Below are positions 19,229-28,527 of a DNA stretch of 64,000 nt, one piece after another. How positions within the stretch are numbered: the stretch's first letter is position 1; every line of letters starts with the position of its first letter. Source of the DNA: Anaeromyxobacter sp. (lineage in GTDB: Bacteria; Myxococcota; Myxococcia; Myxococcales; Anaeromyxobacteraceae); assembly GCA_049840735.1 (NCBI GenBank), contig JASGJN010000020.1, forward strand, positions 192,001 through 256,000, in the 5' to 3' direction. Below the pieces are notes generated by a model. The model was not told the origin of the DNA. It made no database searches and saw only the letters and a list, made by a program, of their open reading frames with translations. Position numbers and translations under genes: made by a program.

Positions 19229-20040
19229 GGGCTTCGACTTCGCGAGCCCTGCGGGCTCGCTACGCTCAGCCCGAACGGTTCTAAGGCCCGGTCGCCCTGA
19301 GCGTAGCCCGCGGCGAAGCCGAGAGGCGGCCACGCCCAGCCCGAGCGGTTCGGCAGCCGTTCGCCCTGAGCGTAGCCGCGGCCCCGCCGCGGCGAAGTCG
19401 AAGGGCGGCCACGCCCAGCCTGAGCGGTTCGGCAGCCGTTCGCCCTGAGCGTAGCCGCGGCCCCGCCGCGGCGAAGTCGAAGGGCGGCCACGCCCAGCCC
19501 GAACGGTTTTGGAGCCCGTTCGCCCTGAGCGTAGCCGCGGCCAAGCCGCGGCGAAGTCGAAGGGCGGACACGCCCAGCCCGAGCGGTTCGGTAGCCGTTC
19601 GCCCTGAGCGTAGCCGCGGCCAAGCCGCGGCGGAGTCGAAGGGCGGACACGCCCAGCCCGAGCGGTTCGGTAGCCGTTCGCCCTGAGCGTAGCCGCGGCC
19701 AAGCCGCGGCGAAGTCGAAGGGCGGACACGCCCAGCCCGAGCGGTTCGGTAGCCGTTCGCCCTGAGCGTAGCCGCGGCCAAGCCGCGGCGGAGTCGAAGG
19801 GCGGACACGCCCAGCCCGAGCGGTTCGGCAGCCGTTCGCCCTGAGCGTAGCCGCGGCCAAGCCGCGGCGAAGTCGAAGGGCGGCCACGCCCAGCCCGAGC
19901 GGTTCGGCAGCCGTTCGCCCTGAGCGTAGCCGCGGCCCCGCCGCGGCGGAGTCGAAGGGCGGCCACGCCCAGCCCGAGCGGTTCGGCAGCCGTTCGCCCT
20001 GAGCGTAGCCGCGGCCCCGCCGCGGCGAAGTCGAAGGGCG
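19229..20040. repeat. Tandem array of REP/BIME-like palindromic elements, 79-bp period
   Basis: CCGTTCGCCCTGAGCGTAGCCGCGGC(CCC/CAA)GCCGCGGCG(A/G)AGTCGAAGGGC starts at 19357, 19436, 19516, 19595, 19674, 19753, 19832, 19911 and 19990. There is also a degenerate unit near 19288 and an inverted variant at 19229-19278. Confidence 0.92.
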
Positions 20041-20121
20041 GCGTCGCTTCCACCTGGTCCGATGGGCGCCCCGCCCCGTGCCCAGGGGTGACGGGCCCGG
20101 GCTGGGCTACGATCAGGGTTG

Positions 20122-21615
20122 ATGAGGCCCCGCCGCCCCTGGCGCCCCGGCGCCGCGCTGACGGCCGCCGCGCTGGCGGCCGCCCTGGCCTGCAGCGCCG
20201 GAAAGCCCTTCCGCTGCCCGGCCCGCGGCGGCCCGCCCTGGCAGCAGCTGGTGAGCGACCACTTCGTGCTGCGGACCGACCTCCCGGCCGACCGCGCCGG
20301 CGAGATGATGGGCGACCTGGAGCGGCTGCGGGCCGCCATCCGCGGCGCGCTCTTCGCCGACGCCCCCCAGCCTCCGGGGCGCATCGAGGTCATCGCCTTC
20401 CGCTCCGACGCCGAGTTCGCCCCCTTCGCGCCGGAGGGGAACGCCGGCTACTACTTCCGCTACGCCGGCGGCCCACCGCGCATCGTCCTCTCCGGCGCCA
20501 TCCGCTCATGGCAGCGGATCCTGCTGGCCCACGAGCTCACCCACCACTTCCTGGCCGGCGCCTTCGTGCGACGCCCGGCCTGGTTCGCCGAGGGGCTGGC
20601 GGTCTACATGGAGTCGATCTCCCCGGGAAGGCCGGGCGAGCCGGTGGTGGTGGGCGAGCCGCCGCCGGCCCGCATCGACCGGGCGCGGAAGTCCGGGGTC
20701 GGCGTGCGCCAGCTGCTGGCCTGGGACGGCGGCCCGCGCCCGGACGCGCTCGACTACTACGCCCGCAGCTGGCTCCTGGTGCACTACCTGGTCCACGAGC
20801 GCGGCCAGGACTTCGCCGCGCTGCAGGCGCGCCTGGCGGCCGGCGCGCCGCCCGCCGAGGCCTGGTCCCAGACCTTCCCGGAGTACGCGCCGGAGGCCGG
20901 CACCGGCCCGGAGGCGCTCGACCAGCTGCTGAAGCGCTACGCGTTCGGCCCGCTGGAGCGCACCCGCAAGCCGATCGAGGTCCCCATCGCCATCGGCTAC
21001 CAGGCGCGCCCCGAGCCCCCCGCCGAGGTGCACGCGCTGCGCCTGGCGCTCTGGCCCTACGGGCCGCGCAAGCCGGCGGCGCAGCTCCGGGCCGAGGTGG
21101 AGGAGATGCTGCGCGAGGACGCCGACCACCCGCTGGCGCTGCAGATGCTGGCGCAGCTCGACGGCACCGACCCGCTGCCGCTGGCCCGCCGGGCGGTGGA
21201 GGCCCACCCGGAGGACCCGCGCGCCTGGACCTTCCTCGGCCACTCGCTGATCCTCCCCGGGAGCGGCGAGGCGCGGGTCGACGCCTACCGGAAGGCCGTG
21301 GACCTGGCCCCGGAGAACCCGGCGGCGCTCTACAACCTGGCGCAGGAGCTGCTCGAGCAGGGGCGCTCCGGCGAGGGGCTGCCCCCGGCCCGCCGCGCCG
21401 CGCAGCTCGCCCCCTGGAGCCCGCCGCTGCTGGCCGGGTTCGCCGCCGTCCTCTCCGACCTGGGCCAGTGCGACGCCGCCATCCCCATCCAGCAGCGCGC
21501 GCTGGAGGCGCTGCCCGAGCGCGGCGGAGTGGAGGCGCGCGGCGAGCTCCTGCGCGGGCTGGACCGGTACGAGCGGCAGTGCAGCCACCCGGCGATGGCG
21601 CCGGGCACGCCCTGA
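20122..21615 (+). CDS. Lipoprotein with HExxH zincin-like (DUF1570-like) domain and TPR repeats
   Basis: LAC lipobox, LAHELTHH...WFAEGLA and C-terminal TPR-like helices. Confidence 0.75.
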   Translation: MRPRRPWRPGAALTAAALAAALACSAGKPFRCPARGGPPWQQLVSDHFVLRTDLPADRAGEMMGDLERLRAAIRGALFADAPQPPGRIEVIAFRSDAEFAPFAPEGNAGYYFRYAGGPPRIVLSGAIRSWQRILLAHELTHHFLAGAFVRRPAWFAEGLAVYMESISPGRPGEPVVVGEPPPARIDRARKSGVGVRQLLAWDGGPRPDALDYYARSWLLVHYLVHERGQDFAALQARLAAGAPPAEAWSQTFPEYAPEAGTGPEALDQLLKRYAFGPLERTRKPIEVPIAIGYQARPEPPAEVHALRLALWPYGPRKPAAQLRAEVEEMLREDADHPLALQMLAQLDGTDPLPLARRAVEAHPEDPRAWTFLGHSLILPGSGEARVDAYRKAVDLAPENPAALYNLAQELLEQGRSGEGLPPARRAAQLAPWSPPLLAGFAAVLSDLGQCDAAIPIQQRALEALPERGGVEARGELLRGLDRYERQCSHPAMAPGTP

Positions 21616-21618
21616 CCC

Positions 21619-22575
21619 TCACCCTCCCCGCAGCACCGCCAGCCCGCGCGCCAGGTCCGGCGGCAGCGGGGCGGTGAAGCGGAGCCGCTTCCCGGTGCGC
21701 GGGTGGTCGAAGGCCAGCCGGGAGGCGTGGAGCGCCTGGCGCCCGACGGCCTGGGCGGCGCGCCGGACCGGATCGGCCTCGGGCAGGCGCGCCTCGCGGC
21801 GGGCGCCGCCGTAGACCGGATTGGCCAGCAGCGGGAAGCCGGCCTCGGAGAGGTGGACGCGGATCTGGTGGGTCCGGCCGGTGTGGAGCGTCACCTCCAG
21901 CAGCGCGGCCGCCTCCCCGAACCGCTCCAGCAGCCGCCAGTCGGTCTGGGCCCGCCGCCCGCCCTCGCGGAGGCGGCTGGTGTAGCGGGTCCGGTCGCGC
22001 GGGTGGCGGCCGTAGGGCGTGTCCAGGTGCCCCTCGGCGGCCGGCGCGCCGTGGCAGAGGGCCAGGTAGACCTTCTCCACCGTCCGCCCCTTCCACTGCG
22101 CCTGCAGGGACGCCAGGGCCGCCTCCGTGCGCGCCACCACCAGGCAGCCGGAGGTGTCCTTGTCGAGCCGGTGGACCAGCCCCAGCCGCGCCGGGGCCCC
22201 CTCCGCCTGGCCCAGCCGGTGGAGCAGCGCGTTGACCACCGTGGAGTGCGGGGTGCCGCGGGCCGGGTGGACCACCATGCCGGCCGCCTTGTCCAGCACC
22301 AGCAGGTCGGCGTCCTCGTGCAGCACCGCCAGCGGGAGGTCCTGCGCCAGCAGCCCGGAGGGCTCGGGCGGCGGCAGCTCCACCGCCACCGTCTCGCCGC
22401 CCTTCAGCCGGGCCGAGGCCCGGGCCAGGCGGCCATCAAGCTGGACCCGGCCGTCCTCGATCAGCCGCTGCACGCGGGCGCGCGACAGCTCCGGCCAGAG
22501 GCGCGGCAAGGCCACGTCCAGCCGCAGGCCGGTCAGGTCGCTGGAGACGGAGAAGGAGCGGCGCTCGATGACCCA
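21619..22575 (-). CDS. rluD: RluA/RluD family pseudouridine synthase with S4 domain
   Basis: RLDVAL..SRARVQRLI, VHRLDKDTSG, TGRTHQIRVH and QALHA. The frame continues upstream of the 22515 ORF start, so the true start is unclear (possible indel). Confidence 0.9.
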   Translation of the reverse strand, partial: WVIERRSFSVSSDLTGLRLDVALPRLWPELSRARVQRLIEDGRVQLDGRLARASARLKGGETVAVELPPPEPSGLLAQDLPLAVLHEDADLLVLDKAAGMVVHPARGTPHSTVVNALLHRLGQAEGAPARLGLVHRLDKDTSGCLVVARTEAALASLQAQWKGRTVEKVYLALCHGAPAAEGHLDTPYGRHPRDRTRYTSRLREGGRRAQTDWRLLERFGEAAALLEVTLHTGRTHQIRVHLSEAGFPLLANPVYGGARREARLPEADPVRRAAQAVGRQALHASRLAFDHPRTGKRLRFTAPLPPDLARGLAVLRGG

Positions 22576-22606
22576 CCGCCTCGCGCGCGGCCCGCAGGCC
22601 GCGGCG

Positions 22607-22873
22607 CTACCAGATGCGGGACTTCACGTGACCCTTCGACTTCAGGATCACGTCCACGATGGCGCGGTCGTAGAAGTTGGACCGCCCGTAGAGGTCCGGG
22701 GAGACGCGGGACCGGTACAGCTCCCGCCCCTCCTCGAGCTCCTCCTTGAGCGCCTCGAAGAAGTCGTCGTGCTCGATGCCTCGGACGATCTTCTCCTCGT
22801 TGTAGAGGGAGACGTCCGAGCAGATCGCCCGGGCTAGACGCATCGCGGCCTCGGGAGAATCGATGAGCGGCAT
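22607..22873 (-). CDS. Conserved-looking small hypothetical protein (88 aa)
   Basis: Non-biased globular sequence RLARAICSDVSLYN...EGRELYRSRV, with good codon usage. Confidence 0.8.
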   Translation of the reverse strand: MPLIDSPEAAMRLARAICSDVSLYNEEKIVRGIEHDDFFEALKEELEEGRELYRSRVSPDLYGRSNFYDRAIVDVILKSKGHVKSRIW

Positions 22874-22938
22874 ACGGGCGGATGCTACGTCGGCCCCGCC
22901 GGCTGGTCAATTCTGCCGCGCACGTCGGGGTGCAGTTC

Positions 22939-24159
22939 TCACCGGCCCCGGGGTGGCGGGGTGGCGGCGGCGGACGCCCCCACGCGCTCGAGGTAGGAGC
23001 GCGCCACCTTCTGCCCGTCCAGCCGCAGCTCGCGGGCCAGGGAGAGCAGGATGCCGCGCAGGTAGACGGCGGCCGGGAGCTGGTCGAACCGGTCGGTTCT
23101 CGATGTTCTCGATGTGGTGGCGGGTGACCTTGGTGCGCTCCGCCACCTGCTGCAGCGACAGGCCGCGGGCCTCGCGGATGCGCCGCAAGACCTCGCCGCT
23201 CCAGGCGGTGCCCTCCGGCAGCGCCACGGCCGCCGGGGCGGCCGGCCTGGGCGCGGGCGTCGCCACCGGCTGCGGGGCGGGCGGGGGGCGGCGCGGCGGC
23301 GGCGGCCGGCGGCGGCGCGGCGGGGGGCGCTGCGCCACGGGGGGCTCCCGGGGGCGGGCTGGACCTCGCGGCTGAGCAGGATGGGCGCGCGGGCGGGCCG
23401 GGGCGGCTCGGGCGGCGGGGACACCGCCGGACCAGCCACGATGGGCGTAGGGACGCTGGCCCACACCGCCGAGGCCGAGCTGGGGGTGGCCAGGGCCGGG
23501 GCGGGCGGCTCGGCCGGCGCCGGGGCGGCGGGCGGCGCGGGCAGCTCGGCGGCGGCCGCGGGCGCCTCCGGGGGCTGGGCCGCCAGGACCGGCGCGGCCG
23601 ACGGAGGCTCCTCCGCCGGCGGCGGGGTGGCCGCGGCGGGCTCGAGCGGCGACGGGAGCGGGACCGGGGTCAGGAGCGGGCCGGGCGCCGGCGAGGCCAG
23701 CGCCGGCACCACGATGGGCAGGATGACCGGCGGGAGCGGGGCGGCGGCGGAGGGGGCCGGGGTCAGCTCACCCTCCCCCACCTCCTCGTCGCCCTCGTCG
23801 CCCTCGTCGTCCAGGTCGTCCTCCGCCCCCAGGGCGGCGACCACCGGCGGCAGCCCGGCCCAGGGGTCGCGGGACAGCGGCGCGGGGGCGGGCGTGGGCG
23901 GCGGCGGGGCCTCGACCACCTCGGCCAGCTGGGCGTCGTAGCGGGCGCGCGCGGCGGGGTCGAGCAGCGTGGAGCGGGCCTCCTCGATGCGCCGGGAGAG
24001 CAGCCGCTCCTCCTCGGCGGAGACCAGCGTGTAGGTGGCGAGCGAGCCGGGCCCGTAGAGCTGCAGGGCGCGGTCCACCGCCTCGGCGATCACGGGGACC
24101 GCGGCGTCGGGGGGAATCTCGAGGATCTCGTAGAGCGTCTGATCGGCCAGCGGCTTCAC
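22939..24159 (-). CDS. J-domain-like / Pro-rich linker / RodZ-like HTH protein (two apparent indels, near 23340 and 23097)
   Basis: YEILEI...IEEARSTLLDPAARARYD at the N-terminus. GEVLRRIREARGLSLQQVAERTKV lies in an alternate frame, followed by FDQLPAAVYLRG. The GTG overlaps the upstream stop. Confidence 0.75.
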   Translation of the reverse strand: MKPLADQTLYEILEIPPDAAVPVIAEAVDRALQLYGPGSLATYTLVSAEEERLLSRRIEEARSTLLDPAARARYDAQLAEVVEAPPPPTPAPAPLSRDPWAGLPPVVAALGAEDDLDDEGDEGDEEVGEGELTPAPSAAAPLPPVILPIVVPALASPAPGPLLTPVPLPSPLEPAAATPPPAEEPPSAAPVLAAQPPEAPAAAAELPAPPAAPAPAEPPAPALATPSSASAVWASVPTPIVAGPAVSPPPEPPRPARAPILLSREVQPAPGSPPWRSAPRRAAAGRRRRAAPRPPRSRWRRPRPGRPPRRPWRCRRAPPGAARSCGASARPAACRCSRWRSAPRSPATTSRTSRTDRFDQLPAAVYLRGILLSLARELRLDGQKVARSYLERVGASAAATPPPRGR

Positions 24160-25157
24160 TTCGTGGCTCCAGGCCGTGCGGCGATGTCGAGGGCGAGGAG
24201 CGAGTCGACGATGCCGCCGATCGCCTTGGCGGCCGGCACGTCGGGGCGCTCCACCAGGAACGGGCGGCGGGCGCGGAGCGTCCGCCACATCTCGTCGTCG
24301 TAGTGGATGTAGCCCAGGTAGTCCATCTCCAGCCCGAAGTACTTGCGCCAGGCCGCCACCACCGCGCGCCCGACGTCGGCGTCCTGCGGCGTCCGGGCCT
24401 GGTTCACCACCAGCCGCGGCCGGAACAGCGCCAGCTGCCGCGCCAGGTTGGCGCCGGCCTCCGGATCCCGCCGCGACACCGTGGCGACCAGCTCCACGGG
24501 GCTGCGGAAGCTGGTGCCCTCCATCACCGCGCGCAACAGCGGCTCGTAGCCGAAGACCTGGGCCACGTTGCGCATGCGCCGCCAGAACGCGGCCTTCACG
24601 AAGCGGTAGGCGTTCTCGACCGCGGTCGGCTCGGGGACCAGCACCAGCACGCCGTGGTCCGAGACCAGGAAGAAGTCGAGCACGTTGGTGTGCGTGCCGG
24701 CGCCCAGGTCGAGGATGGCGTAGTCCACGTCCAGCTGCTGCACGTGGCGCAAGAGCCGCATCTTCTGGGCGTAGCGCGGGTTGGCCGCGTCGAGGTGGTC
24801 GAGCGCGCCCGAGACCAGCCCCAGGTTCTCGATGCCGGTCGGCGTCACCACGTCGTCGATGCGCGGGAACTTCCGCTCGATGAAGTCGGAGAGCGTCCGC
24901 TTGGGCACGTCCAGGCCGAGCGTGGTGTGCAGGTTGGCGCCGCCCAGGTCGGCGTCCACCAGCACCACCTTGCGGCCGCGCCGGGCCAGCTCGATGCCCA
25001 GGTTGGCCGAGAGCAGGCTCTTGCCGATGCCGCCCTTGCCGCCGCCGATGGAGATCACCCGCCGCGCGCGCAGCGGACCGCGCGCCGCGGGCGTCGCGGC
25101 GCGCACCGGCTCCGGCGGTGCGGGGTGCACCAGCTTCAAGGTCGGGACGTCGGCCAT
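24156..25157 (-). CDS. MinD/ParA family (FleN/FlhG-like) P-loop ATPase
   Basis: Deviant Walker A GGKGGIGKS, plus DADLGGANL, LDLGAG and PEPTAVENAY. Confidence 0.9.
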   Translation of the reverse strand: MADVPTLKLVHPAPPEPVRAATPAARGPLRARRVISIGGGKGGIGKSLLSANLGIELARRGRKVVLVDADLGGANLHTTLGLDVPKRTLSDFIERKFPRIDDVVTPTGIENLGLVSGALDHLDAANPRYAQKMRLLRHVQQLDVDYAILDLGAGTHTNVLDFFLVSDHGVLVLVPEPTAVENAYRFVKAAFWRRMRNVAQVFGYEPLLRAVMEGTSFRSPVELVATVSRRDPEAGANLARQLALFRPRLVVNQARTPQDADVGRAVVAAWRKYFGLEMDYLGYIHYDDEMWRTLRARRPFLVERPDVPAAKAIGGIVDSLLALDIAARPGATK

Positions 25158-25184
25158 CCGGGCAATCCTAAACCGAACGGGGCG

Positions 25185-25778
25185 TCAGTCCAAAAGCTCC
25201 GCGTTCCAGTAGGCCGCGTCGGCCAGGGAGAGGAACGGCCGCCACTCCCGGTACAGGGCCCGGCGGGTGGCGCTCCGGAACATGGGCGTCCAGCGCGGGC
25301 GTGCGGGAGCGCGCAGGAGACGCATCCCGGCCTCCTCCGGCGTCCGCCCACCTTTCCGCAGGTTGCACGGCACGCAGGAGCAGACGACGTTCTCCCAGGA
25401 GGTGGACCCGCCGCGGGAGCGCGGGATGACGTGGTCCAGGTTGAGGTCGGCCCGCTTGAACTTGCGCCCGCAGTACTGGCAGGTGTTCTCGTCCCGCGCG
25501 TAGATGTTGAAGCGCGAGAAGCGGACGCGCGCGCGCGGCAGGTGCTCGTAGGCCAGGAGCACGATGACGCGCGGCACGCGGATGCGCCGGCCCACCGTGC
25601 CGATGGAGTCGTGCTCCGCCGCCGCCAGCGCGCTCCAGCTCTCGAAGTCGAAGAGCTGGAACTGCTCGTCGATGGCCCGCGCCGCCCCCTGGTACAGGAG
25701 CGTGAAGGCGCGCCGGACCGAGGTGATGTGGACCGGCTGATAGACCCTGTTGAGGACGAGGACCCCGGTGTCGAGCAT
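25185..25778 (-). CDS. HNH endonuclease (McrA-like)
   Basis: VLVLN..Y, RDENTCQYCG, DHVIPRSRGG and WENVVCSCVPCNLRKG. Confidence 0.93.
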   Translation of the reverse strand: MLDTGVLVLNRVYQPVHITSVRRAFTLLYQGAARAIDEQFQLFDFESWSALAAAEHDSIGTVGRRIRVPRVIVLLAYEHLPRARVRFSRFNIYARDENTCQYCGRKFKRADLNLDHVIPRSRGGSTSWENVVCSCVPCNLRKGGRTPEEAGMRLLRAPARPRWTPMFRSATRRALYREWRPFLSLADAAYWNAELLD

Positions 25779-25875
25779 CTTGCCGGGAGATCTTACGGAG
25801 ACGACCGGCCTCCCGCACGCGGAGGCGAACGCTCGCCGGTTCTGCCCCCCCTCACGGGGGCATTCGACCGCTCGC

Positions 25876-28327
25876 CTACCCGGCCACCTTGAACAGCTCG
25901 GTGGCCGCCGCCGGGTCGCCCTTCCCGTAGAGCAGCCGGTAGGCGGCGTAGGACCGGAGCACGCGCTTCACGTAGCCCCGGGTCTCCTCGATGGGGATTT
26001 CCTCGACGAACTCGTCCAGCGCGAGGTGGCCGCGCTGGTCCAGCCAGCGCCCCACCGCGCCCGAGCCGGCGTTGTAGGCCGCCAGCGCCAGCGGGACCTG
26101 CCCGTCGTAGCGGCGGATCAGGTCGCCCAGGTAGCGCGCGCCGATCTGGATGTTGACCGCCGGGACCATCAGGTCGCCGCGGCTGGGCTTGCGCAGCTTG
26201 TAGCGGACCGCCACCGACTGCGCGGTGGGGAGCATGAGCTGGGTGAGGCCGACCGCGCCGGCGGCGGAGATGACCCGCGGATCGAGCGCGCTCTCCTCCC
26301 GCATCAGCCCCTGCAGCAGGTCCACCGGCACGCCGGCGGGCGGGGCGAAGCGGGCGATCTCGTCACGGTAGGCGGGCGGGTAGGCGATGCGCCAGGCCCG
26401 CAGGTTGTCGGCGGTGGGCGGCTGCCGCAGGGCCACCCGGGCCCGGCTGCGGAGCAGGTTGTGGGCGGCCTGGTGGTCGCCGCAGCGATCGAGCAGGTCG
26501 GCCACCAGCACCAGCGGGTCGAGGCTGTCGGCCGCGCGCAGGCGGGCCGGCGAGATGGCGGCGAGCTCCAGGGCGGAGGAGCGCCCCAGCCCCATGCGCG
26601 CCAGCAGCAGGCCGGCGCGGAAGTGCGGGTCGTCGCGCAGCGGCCCCGGGTCGTAGCCGCGGGCCACCGCCGGCGCGGACGGCGCCGCCGGCAGCGGCAG
26701 GCTCACGCCCGCCTCGGCCAGCCGGACCCGCGAGAGGAGGCCGTAGTAGTCGGTGGTGTAGCGCGTGGCCAGGCCGGTCCAGATGGCCCGCGCGGCCTTG
26801 CTCCCGCCCTCGCCGCCAGCCGCCAGCAGCCGGGCCCGCCAGTAGGCGGCCCGGGCCTCCTCGTACGGATCCTGGCCGCGGGCGGACTCCTCCATGGCCA
26901 GGAGCTGCGCCACCGCGGCGTCGGGCTGCCCGGCCCGCCGGGAGAGCCAGGCCAGCCTGAAGCGCGCCTCCCAGCGGTAGTCGCCGGTCGGGTGGATGCG
27001 GACCAGCTCGGCCAGCGCCTCGCGGGCCTCGTCGCCGCGGCCGGCCCGGGCCAGCAGGTCGGCCGAGTAGAGCAGCGCGTCGTCGGCCAGACCGTGGTCG
27101 GGGAACTCGGCCGCCAGCCGGCGGTAGAGCCCCACCGCCTCGTCCTTGTCCCCGGCGATGGAGGTGGCGCTGGCCAGCAGGTACAGGCTGCGGACGCGCA
27201 GCTCCGGATCCTGGCAGGACTCCACCACCGGCCGGAGCGTGGCGATGGCCTTGGCGTACATCCGCTCCTTGCGGTAGGCGCGCCCCAGCGCGCCGCGGAT
27301 GCGGCAGCCGTCGGCGGAGGTGGCCTCGGCGCGGGTGGCGGCGGAGAGCGGCTCCAGCAGCGCGATGGCGCCGGTGTTGCGGTTGCGGTCGAGCAGCTTC
27401 TCGGCCCGGCGCAGCCTGGCGTCGGGGCCGGGCTCGGCGCCGGCCGCGCCCGGCAGCGCCTTGAGGGCGGTCAGGCAGTCCGGGGCCTCCGCCGAGAGCG
27501 GGTGGTCGGCCCAGCAGGTGAGCAGCCAGCCGCGGGCGGCGGCGGGCTCGGCCTTGGGCCCGGTGGCGCGGGATCCGGCCGGCCAGGAGCAGCGCGGTGG
27601 AGGCGCTGTCGGCGCGGGCCGGGTCGAGCGGCGCGCCGGTGCCGAGCAGCGGCGCCAGCGCCGCCAGGGCCGCGTCCTTGTCGCCGGCGGCGGCCAGGAG
27701 CCGGGCCCGGCCCAGCCGCGCGTCGCCGGCCAGGAGCGAGGTGTCCGGCACCGCCGCCCAGGCCTTGATGGCCTCCGCCTTCCTGCCCGCCGCCTCCAGC
27801 TCCTGGCCGCGCAGGTACAGCACCCGGTCGGCCAGGTCGGGGAGCCGGGTCTCCGGCCCATCCAGCGCCGCCAGGGCGGCGGTGTGGCGCTCCAGCTCGA
27901 TCAGGGCCAGCGCGCGGATGTAGGCGGCCTCCGGCGTGGACGCGCGCGCCAGCTGCTGGGCGGCCTCGTTGTAGCGTCCGGCGTCGTACGCGCCCTTCCC
28001 GGCGGCGGCCGGCCCGGTGGCGAAGAGCGGGGCAAGCTCGGCGGCGCCGAGCAGGCCGGGCTGGGAGGGCAAGGGGGCAGCGGCTGCCGCCGCGGCGGGG
28101 GCTGCAGCGGCTGCAGCGGGCGCGGCGGTGGGCGCGGCCGGGGTCGCTGCCGCCGCCGCCGGTGCCTCGGACGCGGCCGGACCCGCCTTGGCCTTGGCCG
28201 GGGCCGGGGCGGCGGGCGCCTGCTCGACCTCCGGGTAGGTGTCGGCCGGGTCGTGAAGCTCCGGCAGGGCTTGGGGGCGGGCGGGGACGGCAGCGAGCAG
28301 GAAGGCGAGGAGCGGTGCGGCGATCAT
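25876..28327 (-). CDS. Soluble lytic murein transglycosylase with TPR repeats (apparent frameshift near 27575)
   Basis: Signal peptide and TPR helices, then SLT motifs MREES, GAVGLTQLM, AAYNAG and ETRGYV. Confidence 0.88.
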
Positions 28328-28527
28328 CGGGGTTCCACATTCAGCCCCTGCCGGCGTGCGGTCAAGGGCCCGGCCGGCGGGTTCGAAAGGGGGCGCACGG
28401 GGCCCGGCGAGCGCCGGTATCCCCGCGCCGACGGGAACCGGTGCGCAGCCCCCTCGATTCCCGCCGGGCGAGGCGAACTCTCGCCGAAATGCCTGGAGCC
28501 CGGATCCGGGCTCAGGATCCCGCCCGC

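Noticed and set aside
19288..20040. CRISPR array
   Set aside because: The intervals between repeats are near-identical rather than unique spacers, and no cas genes are present.
18001..20393. Long minus-strand ORFs with repeated peptides (PFDFAAA, LRLRRG)
   Set aside because: They are translations of the 79-bp DNA repeat. The period is not a multiple of 3 and the same peptides appear in all three frames.
25185..25778. HNH gene as a homing endonuclease or mobile element
   Set aside because: No intron, intein, terminal repeats or compositional shift. It resembles the common stand-alone McrA-like family.
28060..28220. Repeat-like GCC/GCG-rich tract
   Set aside because: It encodes the Ala/Pro linker of the lytic transglycosylase and is not an independent repeat element.
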